NCBI GenBank assembly: GCA_001819815.1
Contig: MHNO01000010.1
Coordinates: 1-40,149 of the forward strand
Direction of reading: 5' to 3'
DNA: 40,149 bases
DNA from: Candidatus Ryanbacteria bacterium RIFCSPHIGHO2_02_FULL_45_17b
GTDB lineage: Bacteria > Patescibacteriota > Minisyncoccia > Ryanbacterales > 2-02-FULL-48-12
The notes beneath the pieces are model-generated. The model saw only the letters and a program-made list of their open reading frames with translations. It did no database searches and had not been told where the DNA came from. Shown here in pieces: positions 27,209 through 35,582 of this stretch (position 1 is the first letter of the stretch; every line of letters begins with the position of its first letter). The position numbers and the translations under genes are program-made.

Positions 27209-27628
27209 ATGTCGAAGGTGTTATACGCGGTGGCCATCTCGGGAGTCGTTATTCATCAGTCAGTGATAGGTTTTATAGGTGACGACGAGAGCGTTACAAG
27301 CAAACCAAGCAATGTGGCCGTCTGCGGCACCTTATTCGTGATGATGACAGGACTTGGACTCTTGATCATGAATATGCTTACATGGCAAACTCTAAAAGTG
27401 CTGATGATGGGAACGCTCCTCGTTCCTTTGAGCAACAAACTTCTCAATAGACTGAGCGAACTACCCCGTTTTCTCCTCATGCTCTTTCTCTTTTTAGCTG
27501 CGTATAAATTCTCTGGCGAGAATATCATATTCCACCCCCTCGGAGATGGTATCATCCTATTTGTTCTCGCAGTAGGAACATTTTTATCTGAAATTTTAGT
27601 GCCTTCTCGAGTAGATCAAAAAAACTGA
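27209..27628 (+). CDS. Small membrane protein (3-4 TM), hypothetical
   Basis: ORF with TATAAT at 27153-27158 upstream. Hydrophobic segments. Confidence 0.45.
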   Translation: MSKVLYAVAISGVVIHQSVIGFIGDDESVTSKPSNVAVCGTLFVMMTGLGLLIMNMLTWQTLKVLMMGTLLVPLSNKLLNRLSELPRFLLMLFLFLAAYKFSGENIIFHPLGDGIILFVLAVGTFLSEILVPSRVDQKN

Positions 27629-27868
27629 CAACTCCTCGGGGGCTCATTAAGCCGCTTTGCGCTCTCACGCTTAGACGGCTTTTTACATATTCCTACGATC
27701 TAGCGGAATTAGATGGCTCCGAATAAAACACACCTCCTCTATAATAACCTAAAGCGACTCCAATATGATGCATAAGATTCGAACTACGTCTTGAACGGAA
27801 AAAAGCTTGATTTTACTTTGCGTTCTCCATTCAATCTACTACTAAACCATAACGATAATCTTACTGTG

Positions 27869-27955
27869 CGGTGGGGGTGAGATTCGAACTCACGATACGG
27901 TTTCCCGTATAACGGTTTTCAAGACCGTCTCCTTAAACCGCTCGGACACCCCACC
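27869..27955 (-). tRNA. tRNA-Ser (anticodon UGA), type II with long variable arm. CCA not encoded
   Basis: Reverse-complement GGTGGGGTGTCCGAGCGGTTTAAGGAGACGGTCTTGAAAACCGTTATACGGGAAACCGTATCGTGAGTTCGAATCTCACCCCCACCG. Anticodon loop CTTGAAA. Close match to bacterial tRNA-Ser(UGA). Confidence 0.9.
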
Positions 27956-27996
27956 AGCGATTATACTATAATCATTTTTTACGCGAGAGACAACCC

Positions 27997-29580
27997 TTAA
28001 ATGTCAGAAAGACCCAACATAACAATTCGCGAGCGGATGGCTCCTGGTTGCCGACCCAGAGTTTCTGTCATAATGCGGATATCGGTATCGTGTTCAAAAA
28101 GTTTTATAAGCATGGCGTCTTCTTCTTCACTCCACGGCTTGTAGGCGTTGGAATGTTTTTCGCGGATCTTTTCAACTGAATATGCTTTTGGTTTTTCAAT
28201 TGTGGTTACGGCAACGTTACCCACACACGCCTGAATAAAGTTTTTATGCATGATATTGGTTTCTTGCGGGCTTATGGCGCGGAATGCGCTCTCTGCTGAA
28301 ATGGATGCTTCGCGAAATTCGGTGTCTTTTTGACGGGCATCCGGGTGAACACGCAAAGCTTGCTCGTTCCAGCCTGCAAGCTGTAATCCTGCTAACGTGC
28401 GTACGCGGGAAAGCGCCACATACCCCTGACCATATTCAAACGCCTGCGTTAAATCAATAAACGCGGAATCTAGCGACATGCCTTGGCTTTTGTGAACGGT
28501 AATTGCCCACGCAAGTCGTAAGGGGATTTGTCCGATACGAGCAAGAGCTTTACCTTCCGTTTCTACCGCCCACTCGGCAGGTTCTACCGTAAGCACGCGG
28601 CCCGAACGCAATTTTACGCGCGGATACCCCTCTGCGCTTTCAAAACCAATGACCTCGCCGGTTGTGCCGTTTACGAATCGCCCTTCGGGGCTGTTTTTTG
28701 TAAACATTACTTTGGCGCCTGTTTTGAGTAAAAGACGTTCAGGCGAAAGACAGCTTTTTTTCAGTTGTTCCACAAAGGATTTCGTGCCGTATTCTTTCAT
28801 GGTAAACGTATGCGGGGATCCGGAGAGTTTTTTTAGTTGCGTGTTATTTACCTCATCAACATCCGCGTTATGAGAAAAAAGTTTTGTGGTGTTTTTATAT
28901 TCATTTGGGGCGATATGTTTCCTTGTAGCAAGGTGCGCTTCATGTTCTTTGTTAACGTTTCCATTCCTGATTGCCGAGAGAATATTCAGGAATAGAGCAT
29001 CCTCCTGACGATGTTGTTCGGTAAGATAACAGACCACCGGTTGTGCAGCTTTCCAGCTTGGAGAGTGATATGCGAATTGGGCGCGCGGGTCTTTGGGCGC
29101 GTTTTCAAACGCGAGGCGTTCTCCCTGTTCGGTTTCGCGGCGCATAATGGGGGGAAGCTGAAAAAAATCTCCAACGAAAACAATTTGCAGACCGCCGAAT
29201 GCTTTTTCCGGATTTTTTAATTCACGACACACCGTGTCCACTAAACCAAGCGTATGCGCCGAGAGCATGGAAACTTCGTCTATTACGAGCACCTTCGCGC
29301 GACTGACGCGCCGCACCACGCGCTCATTTTGCGTAATGCGGTCAATATCATATGGAGTGAGTTCTTGTTTGATGCCGATACCGCTCCATGAGTGAATGGT
29401 CATGCCGCTTATGTGGGTTGCCGCTATGCCGGTAGATGCGGTTATGGCAAGCTCCACGCCGTGCGAACGCAAATAGGCGACATACTGGTTTGTGGTGTGT
29501 GTTTTTCCAGAACCCGGCTCGCCAGTCAAAAAAACATTTGCTCCGGTTTTTAGTATAGAAAGCGCTTCCTCTTGCGTCAT
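27997..29580 (-). CDS. Pif1/RecD-like SF1B DNA helicase (AAA_30) with a C-terminal Myb/SANT-like or HTH-like extension
   Basis: Walker A LTGEPGSGKTHT, Walker B VLVIDEVSML, motif VI ITVHKSQGMSLD. C-terminal KPWSEEEDAMLIKLFEHDTDIRIMTETLGRQPGAIRSRI. Confidence 0.8.
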   Translation of the reverse strand: MTQEEALSILKTGANVFLTGEPGSGKTHTTNQYVAYLRSHGVELAITASTGIAATHISGMTIHSWSGIGIKQELTPYDIDRITQNERVVRRVSRAKVLVIDEVSMLSAHTLGLVDTVCRELKNPEKAFGGLQIVFVGDFFQLPPIMRRETEQGERLAFENAPKDPRAQFAYHSPSWKAAQPVVCYLTEQHRQEDALFLNILSAIRNGNVNKEHEAHLATRKHIAPNEYKNTTKLFSHNADVDEVNNTQLKKLSGSPHTFTMKEYGTKSFVEQLKKSCLSPERLLLKTGAKVMFTKNSPEGRFVNGTTGEVIGFESAEGYPRVKLRSGRVLTVEPAEWAVETEGKALARIGQIPLRLAWAITVHKSQGMSLDSAFIDLTQAFEYGQGYVALSRVRTLAGLQLAGWNEQALRVHPDARQKDTEFREASISAESAFRAISPQETNIMHKNFIQACVGNVAVTTIEKPKAYSVEKIREKHSNAYKPWSEEEDAMLIKLFEHDTDIRIMTETLGRQPGAIRSRIVMLGLSDI

Positions 29581-29619
29581 AGAGGAAGTGTACTCCCAAC
29601 ATCACAAAGCTACAACTAC

Positions 29620-29661
29620 GGGAAACAAAAAAATAACATGCCCATCATGGTCGATGGGCAT
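29620..29661 (-). terminator. Rho-independent terminator (atgcccatc-gaccat-gatgggcat followed by TTATTTTTTTGTTT on the minus strand)
   Basis: 9-bp stem followed by a T-run on the minus strand, downstream of the ACP-like gene. Confidence 0.7.
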
Positions 29662-29664
29662 TGT

Positions 29665-29931
29665 TTAGAATCTGCCGTATTCTCTGCGATAGCAAGCAAG
29701 GATACGGTGGGTGAGACGGTCTACGGTTCTTACGCGTCCTTCATCAAAATCGGGTATCGTTATGGTGAGCTGGTACTCCAGGTTTGTGAGAATTTCTGCC
29801 ATGTCCAACTCACCAGCCCCTAAATCATGTGCGAATGATGCCCTCATATTGATTTCTTTTGCGGGCTTTTCTAACACATCAGCAATGACTTGAAGGACAA
29901 CACTCTCGATATTATGGGCTGATCTTCCCAT
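29665..29931 (-). CDS. Acyl-carrier-protein homolog with the phosphopantetheine-attachment Ser replaced by Glu (DLGAGELDMAEI instead of DLGADSLDTVEL)
   Basis: 88 aa. Aligns along helix I-III of bacterial AcpP (IESVVLQVIADVL...ASFAHDLGAGELDMAEILTNLEYQLTITIPDFDEGRVRTVDRLTHRI). GAG codon at the Ser position. Confidence 0.7.
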   Translation of the reverse strand: MGRSAHNIESVVLQVIADVLEKPAKEINMRASFAHDLGAGELDMAEILTNLEYQLTITIPDFDEGRVRTVDRLTHRILACYRREYGRF

Positions 29932-29966
29932 GGCATATCCCCAGATTGAAAGAATTTCTTGAAATA

Positions 29967-30338
29967 TTACGTTTCAAATTCATCACTCAAGGATCTTTTT
30001 TCCCTCCATGCGAGCTCCAGAGATACACGGCGAATATATCTTCCAACCATCGCCTCTATCCCTTCCGCTTCAAGTTGTGTCTGCAACAGAAAAGCCGTCG
30101 CCAGTGCTTGCTTTTCACTTCTCAAAATCCCTGTATCGTCTCCATGTGTAGGCCAGAGAGTGTAAGAACAATAATACGCTCCACGGTTTGCGGAACTCTC
30201 AATACTCTTCTTTATACGAGTGAACAGAATACGAGTAGTCTGCTCATCGGCTACCGGTTTGGGTTTGGGGGCAAGCCGTTGTTCCAAAGCTCTCTTAGTA
30301 AGTTCTCTCATTTGGATACCGAATGTCTTTTCTGTCAT
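29967..30338 (-). CDS. Hypothetical protein (123 aa), co-transcribed upstream of the ACP-like gene
   Basis: ORF with SD aggagga 7 nt upstream. 35-nt gap to the ACP-like gene. No family recognised. Confidence 0.5.
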   Translation of the reverse strand: MTEKTFGIQMRELTKRALEQRLAPKPKPVADEQTTRILFTRIKKSIESSANRGAYYCSYTLWPTHGDDTGILRSEKQALATAFLLQTQLEAEGIEAMVGRYIRRVSLELAWREKRSLSDEFET

Positions 30339-30400
30339 TACAAATCCTCCTCTCTATTTTTAGAGAGTCTAGCATTCGCGCTAAGAACAATCAAGCTAGG

Positions 30401-31990
30401 TTAGCATCCCGGAGGCGTCAGTCGGGGCACGATTGCTTTTTCGGTGCCAACTAAATTCCATTTATTCTTATTGTTTCGTATGCTTACATTCACCAGTTGC
30501 GTGTCGGGGCGCATGGAAACAGTCGGGTCAATTTGAATGTTTTCAAGGCGAACGCCCGTGCTTGCTACTGAAATTCCTGTGGCAGTACTTCCATCGCCGA
30601 CATTTATTTCACAGGCGTATTCTCCTTTTTGACCCATAAGATTTCCTATAAGCCATAATGGTTTTGTTATTGTTATGGAAGGAGCAATGTTGGCCGGTCC
30701 TGTTTTTGAGTCTATAACCAATACATCGCCTGCTTTGACTCTTGGGTCTTCGTTCGCTTTAGTATAACTTTCAAAGTCGCAACTAAAACGGGTTCCCGTG
30801 GTTGCTTCCGTACAAATAGACCAAATACGCGGAGAAAACATGTTCGGGTCGCCGTAGTTCGCGTCCAATTCTTTTGGATCCCTAAAGAAGCATCCGGCGT
30901 AGCCTTCTACTTCATTACAAACATTTTGATACCAAAGGTTATCAGGGTTTTCAGAAAGTACGGTTTTTGCTTTCTGACTATTATCGCGCGTTCGGCTCCG
31001 CGCTATTTGATTACTATGTGAATCGGCGGAAATATAATAGGGGTACGGAGATGTGTTTTTGCCTTGCCCGTTTCCTCTGACGATAGTTGAAATAATGCGA
31101 TTGTCGTGACTGCCATGTGTAAGCGCTACACCAGCATGAAGCTCCCAACCGATAAGCCAGCTATTGTCTACATTATCAAACATCACTGCTTCTTTTCCTA
31201 CCTTTGCTATTATACCTTCCGCGATGTCATGACCGCTGCCGTTTTTCAGGTAGATGCCGTGTCGTCCGCATCCGCGGATTGACGCAAGACGTATTTTAAG
31301 ATTATCAACACCCACCGCGCGGATGCCATCTTGGTCGGGGGCGTCACCCGTGCATATAATAGCTACATTTTGTAATGTAACGTTATCAGCGGCAATAATA
31401 ACACTTCCGCTCACCGTAATAGTTTTATCTTTTATGAGGCTGTCGGGAGTGTTTATTATATAATCAACCACTGATTCCGTACCGGTATTACGATTGATAC
31501 TGAAGAATGAATCGCTTGAATCGGTAATGGTTGGGTTACTGGCGCTTGATATCACAATTTTATAATCATCGCTGATAGTCTGACCGCTTGGCACGTTCCA
31601 ATAATATATTCCTGTATCAGCCGACGTGGATCTGATAATGGTTCGCGATACTTTATTGCCTTTAAAAAGATCTATTTTTATATCGGCAGGGTTACCGGTA
31701 AATTCCCATATGATAGCATGGGTGGAGCCGGGCGCCCATATTTCTTCGCCGTTCGGAGAAGAAAGCGTAATGGTTCCTTGTGCTATTTCGGAAAGAGCGC
31801 CCAAAGGCGCGGCAACAAGCGAATCGTTTGTTTTTATCATTTCATTGCGCACCCAAGTGCCAAAACCCAGCGCGACCAAAATAATAACCATCACCGCGGG
31901 AAAAACCGGCAATGGTTGGTTCCATGGTGTAATTTTTGAAGGTTCTTTCATAGATATGTAATTACTGATAATATGCATCAAGTATATCAA
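30401..31990 (-). CDS. Membrane-anchored secreted right-handed beta-helix (pectate-lyase-fold, PbH1 repeat) protein
   Basis: N-terminal TM helix. Repeats NVAIICTGDAPDQDGIRAVGVDNLKIRLASIRGCGRHGIYLKNGSGHDIAEGII... typical of parallel beta-helix. Confidence 0.55.
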   Translation of the reverse strand: MIYLMHIISNYISMKEPSKITPWNQPLPVFPAVMVIILVALGFGTWVRNEMIKTNDSLVAAPLGALSEIAQGTITLSSPNGEEIWAPGSTHAIIWEFTGNPADIKIDLFKGNKVSRTIIRSTSADTGIYYWNVPSGQTISDDYKIVISSASNPTITDSSDSFFSINRNTGTESVVDYIINTPDSLIKDKTITVSGSVIIAADNVTLQNVAIICTGDAPDQDGIRAVGVDNLKIRLASIRGCGRHGIYLKNGSGHDIAEGIIAKVGKEAVMFDNVDNSWLIGWELHAGVALTHGSHDNRIISTIVRGNGQGKNTSPYPYYISADSHSNQIARSRTRDNSQKAKTVLSENPDNLWYQNVCNEVEGYAGCFFRDPKELDANYGDPNMFSPRIWSICTEATTGTRFSCDFESYTKANEDPRVKAGDVLVIDSKTGPANIAPSITITKPLWLIGNLMGQKGEYACEINVGDGSTATGISVASTGVRLENIQIDPTVSMRPDTQLVNVSIRNNKNKWNLVGTEKAIVPRLTPPGC

Positions 31991-32079
31991 ATCTTTACAG
32001 TGTAAAATTTCATACGTGTGCGTAACTTTTTATTTCTGTCTACACTTCGTATACACTCTAGATATTATTACTCGTTAGT

Positions 32080-32751
32080 ATGGCAACATTATTTATTATT
32101 GCGACTCCCATTGGCAATCTCGAAGATATCACGCTTCGGGCGCTTCGGGTTTTGAAAGAGGTTGATTTGGTGCTCGCGGAAGATACGCGTGTTACGCAAA
32201 AACTTCTTCGGCGTTACGAAATCAAAAAACCTGTCGAGCGATATGATGAACATATTGCCGAACATATACACGCGCGTATTGCAGAAGATTTACGGCAAGG
32301 GAAATCTATTGCACTCGTGAGTGATGCGGGAACGCCGGGCATTTCCGATCCGGGTGCTCGGCTTGTTGCGTATGTGCGGGAACATGTGCCTGATGTTTCT
32401 CTTGTTCCCATTCCCGGACCGTCCGCGCTTATAACCGCACTATCGGTTGCGGGGGTATCTGCCGATTCGTTCACGTTTCTTGGCTACCCGCCGCATAAAA
32501 AGGGGCGCAAAACGTTTTTTCAGAATGTGCGTGATATTAAAGTGCGGCCGGTGGTAGTGTATGAATCGCCGCATCGTTTGCAAAAAACATTTACTGGTGT
32601 TGCTGAAACAATCGGAGAGGATACAAACCTAATAGTTGTAAAAGAACTTACGAAAATATACGAAGAAATTTGGCATGGTAGCGTAAAAGAAGCAACGAGC
32701 TATTTTCAAAAAGAAAAAGGAAAAGGCGAGTTTGTGGTGATTATTGTCTAA
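32080..32751 (+). CDS. rsmI: 16S rRNA (cytidine1402-2'-O)-methyltransferase RsmI
   Basis: LFIIATPIGNLEDITLRALRVLKEVDLVLAEDTRVT, tetrapyrrole-methylase fold signature. Confidence 0.85.
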   Translation: MATLFIIATPIGNLEDITLRALRVLKEVDLVLAEDTRVTQKLLRRYEIKKPVERYDEHIAEHIHARIAEDLRQGKSIALVSDAGTPGISDPGARLVAYVREHVPDVSLVPIPGPSALITALSVAGVSADSFTFLGYPPHKKGRKTFFQNVRDIKVRPVVVYESPHRLQKTFTGVAETIGEDTNLIVVKELTKIYEEIWHGSVKEATSYFQKEKGKGEFVVIIV

Positions 32752-32814
32752 ATTAGCGTCTTGCGATGACGCAAATATGTTTATTTCTTATTTGCGTCAT
32801 CGCAAGACGCTAAT
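32752..32814. repeat. Perfect 26-bp stem hairpin (attagcgtcttgcgatgacgcaaata - tgtttatttct - tatttgcgtcatcgcaagacgctaat) that fills the rsmI-DUF167 intergenic gap. Each arm has an internal gcgtc-N7-gacgc hairpin
   Basis: Read directly. Begins at the rsmI stop codon and ends 3 nt before the ATG of the next gene. No T-run. Confidence 0.9.
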
Positions 32815-32817
32815 TAT

Positions 32818-33048
32818 ATGAAAAGGGAAGTTTTTATAAAACCAAAATCAAAACACCCGGGCGTGGTGGAAAAAGATGGCGTTCTTGAGGTGTCGGTTTC
32901 CTCCGCGCCCGTGGATGGTAAAGCAAACGAAGAAATGCTGGAGCTTCTTTCTGATTATTTTGAGGTGGCAAAAAGCGCCATTGAAATTGTAGGGGGCCAC
33001 AAAAGCCGCCAAAAAACCATCGAACTCCGCCCTTGGCAAAAACGGTAG
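32818..33048 (+). CDS. DUF167 / YggU-family small protein
   Basis: VDGKANEEMLELLSDYFEVAKSAIEIVGGHKSRQKTIEL matches the G.AN..L...L......S.V.I..G..SR.K.V pattern. Confidence 0.6.
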   Translation: MKREVFIKPKSKHPGVVEKDGVLEVSVSSAPVDGKANEEMLELLSDYFEVAKSAIEIVGGHKSRQKTIELRPWQKR

Positions 33049-33146
33049 CTCTTGCTTTTTTTGACAGATTATGCTATGTATGGCTCAATTCTGGATGGTA
33101 CTTTCAAAGACGAATTTAGTAAACCTCAAACAGAAAGGAGTCAGAA

Positions 33147-34949
33147 ATGTTTCGAGTTTTTCTCGCGATAGTGTTGTCTGTGCTTGCTTTGATGTTGCCA
33201 AGCGGTATTGGTGGAGGAGTGAGTAGAAGAATTGAATTTGGCGGCTTTGGTCGAAGGATTGTCCAAGGTGTGCTTATCTTCTTTGCCTTTCTTGTTCTCC
33301 TCTCGACAAGTTTTACAACAATCGGTTCCAATGATGTTGGTCATTTATCGCGTATTTATCTAGGACGCCAACTTCCTCCGGGGCGCGTGATAGCTTTGGC
33401 AGGAGAAAATGGTCCGCAAGCTGAGATACTTGGCCCAGGGTTTCATTTTCGGTTTTTGCTCAATGTGTTATACAGTGTGACCACTGAGGAAGTTGTTGAG
33501 ATAAAGGCTGGCAAGCTTGGTAGACTAGTAGCGCGTGACGGTCAACCCTTGAAAGCTGGGCAGATGTTTGCAGAAGTGTTTGGTGACGGACAGATAGATA
33601 GCATGCTTGATGTTACATATTTTCTTACCAATGGAGGACAAAAGGGTCCCCAAATATTTGTCCTCACTCCTGGTAAATGGCGTATTAATAGATTCCAGTG
33701 GGACTTTGTGGAGGATGATGATACAAGTATAGAAAAAGGGTTTGTGGGCGTTGTTAAGTCAAATGTCCGTTCTAGTGTTAACTTTGGTGATATGAATGTT
33801 GAAAAGCCAGAGTTCTGTAGTCCTACCAAGGAGACAGATTTAAGTGGTGGGAAGCTTTCAGTGCCACTGGTTCCTGTTGGTTGTATAGGTGTTTGGGACA
33901 AAACACTTCTCCCGGGGAGGTACTATCTTAATAATGATGCTTATTCCATTATCAAGATGGACACACGCGTGCAATCCTGGGAATTCAAAGGAGGATTTAA
34001 ACGACGTACTGTTGCCTTGAATGTAGATCAGGAAGGTAAGATAACCCAGATACAATCAGAGACAGATGAGCCGGTGAACGATGAGTATGCGGATCGTGCA
34101 GTTTTTCTCAAAATGGAGGGTTGGGATATTCCTCAAGAACTCCGCGTACTGGTACAGATTACTCCTGATAATGCTCCAATTGTTGTTGCTTCAGTTGGTG
34201 GGGAGAAGGAAGTTGAGCATCGCATTATTGTCCCAGCTGTTCGCGCAATTATACGGGATGTGACTGGCGGTGGATTCATTGATGTAGAAGAATTCGACAA
34301 AAAAGGTGAACTTGTAAAAATTAAGCGTTTGCCACAAGTGCTTGATCTTCTCGTCAACCGTCAGGTTCTTGAGAGAAAGGCTCTTGATACTTTGAAACCA
34401 GAGGGACAAAAAGCTGGAGTAGACATAAAAGAAGTGCGATTTGGTGATCCAGCTGTTCCTCCTGAACTCCTTGTAGCTCGCCTTCGTGAACAACTTGCTC
34501 AACAACTTTCAGCTAGTTACCAGCAAGAGAAGTTGGCGCAGGATGATCGGGTCAAGACAGAAAATGCCCGAGCTACTGCCGATCAACAGGGTGGCCTCGT
34601 CCAGGCGCAGATTGAGTATTTACGGCAACAGGAACTCAAAAAGGCAGCACAGCTTGCTGGAGAGGGCGAGAAATTAAAGCTCACGGAGATCGCCATCGGA
34701 CAAAAAGCACAAGTGGCAGTACTAGGAGAAGAGCGTGTAGTTGCTTTACGCAAGTACGAGCTTCTCATAGAAAGGATATTCAATGCTATCGAGAAGCATC
34801 CTGAGCTTCTTACTGCTGCTCTCACCAATGTTGGTAAACTGGTACCTCAAACAGTCATTCAGACCAGTGGTACAGGTTCCTTGGATGGTCCAGCCGCTAT
34901 TCTTGGATCATTCCTTGGTGGGCAAGGATCAAAGGAGGTTGAAAAGTAG
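33147..34949 (+). CDS. Flotillin-like SPFH/band-7 domain protein with a long C-terminal coiled coil
   Basis: N-terminal TM. SPFH start GHLSRIYLGRQLPPGRVIALAGENGPQAEILGPGFHF. Flotillin-type EA-rich coiled coil (QQLSASYQQEKLAQDDRVKTENARATADQQ...). SD aaaggag. Confidence 0.6.
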   Translation: MFRVFLAIVLSVLALMLPSGIGGGVSRRIEFGGFGRRIVQGVLIFFAFLVLLSTSFTTIGSNDVGHLSRIYLGRQLPPGRVIALAGENGPQAEILGPGFHFRFLLNVLYSVTTEEVVEIKAGKLGRLVARDGQPLKAGQMFAEVFGDGQIDSMLDVTYFLTNGGQKGPQIFVLTPGKWRINRFQWDFVEDDDTSIEKGFVGVVKSNVRSSVNFGDMNVEKPEFCSPTKETDLSGGKLSVPLVPVGCIGVWDKTLLPGRYYLNNDAYSIIKMDTRVQSWEFKGGFKRRTVALNVDQEGKITQIQSETDEPVNDEYADRAVFLKMEGWDIPQELRVLVQITPDNAPIVVASVGGEKEVEHRIIVPAVRAIIRDVTGGGFIDVEEFDKKGELVKIKRLPQVLDLLVNRQVLERKALDTLKPEGQKAGVDIKEVRFGDPAVPPELLVARLREQLAQQLSASYQQEKLAQDDRVKTENARATADQQGGLVQAQIEYLRQQELKKAAQLAGEGEKLKLTEIAIGQKAQVAVLGEERVVALRKYELLIERIFNAIEKHPELLTAALTNVGKLVPQTVIQTSGTGSLDGPAAILGSFLGGQGSKEVEK

Positions 34950-35101
34950 TTAAGGCAAGATACTCTCTCTAACCAATTCTCAAGGCGAGCATTCGTGCTC
35001 GCCTTTTTTGCTATATACTTTTTATGTATGATTATATACGTAACATCATTTGAAGACTAAAATATGAAAAATATCAATATAATTCAAGATTGGGTCATCA
35101 G

Positions 35102-35572
35102 ATGACATTCCATATGTTTAAAATAATTTCTATAATTATTATTGTGGGAGTAGTCGGTGTAGTGGTGTTTACGATGTATGTGCGGGAGACTGATCCGTTG
35201 AGTACGTACGAAACAAAAACAATTCAGATGGGGAATGCTAATCTGGAAGTACTTATTGCGGATAGCGAAGAAAAGCGCACAAACGGGCTTATGGGTGTTA
35301 CCAAATTATCAACAGATACGGGGATGCTTTTTATATTTCCCGATTCTTCCCCCCGTACATTTTGGAATAAAAACACATTGATTCCTCTTGATCTCATATG
35401 GATTTCAAGCGGGCGCGTGATTGGCGTTTCGTCGCTTTCTTCAATTACGCAAAGTGGCAATCATATTATTTCTTTACCATCACCAGATGCGGTTGATTGG
35501 GTGGTGGAGGTGAATGCCGGCTGGGTTCGTGCACGTGGGGTAGAGATAGGAACTGAAGTACATATAAAATAA
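35102..35572 (+). CDS. DUF192 (COG1430) family protein
   Basis: GLMGVTKLSTDTGMLFIFPDSSPRTFWNKNTLIPLDLIWISSGRVIGV signature. Start uncertain (TTG 35090, ATG 35102 or 35114). Confidence 0.7.
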   Translation: MTFHMFKIISIIIIVGVVGVVVFTMYVRETDPLSTYETKTIQMGNANLEVLIADSEEKRTNGLMGVTKLSTDTGMLFIFPDSSPRTFWNKNTLIPLDLIWISSGRVIGVSSLSSITQSGNHIISLPSPDAVDWVVEVNAGWVRARGVEIGTEVHIK

Positions 35573-35582
35573 TCCACATGTT

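Noticed and set aside
3240-33070. Shared 10-mer ttgacagatt at 3240 and 33061
   Set aside because: It is consistent with similar -35 promoter contexts upstream of two genes. It is too short to call a repeat element.
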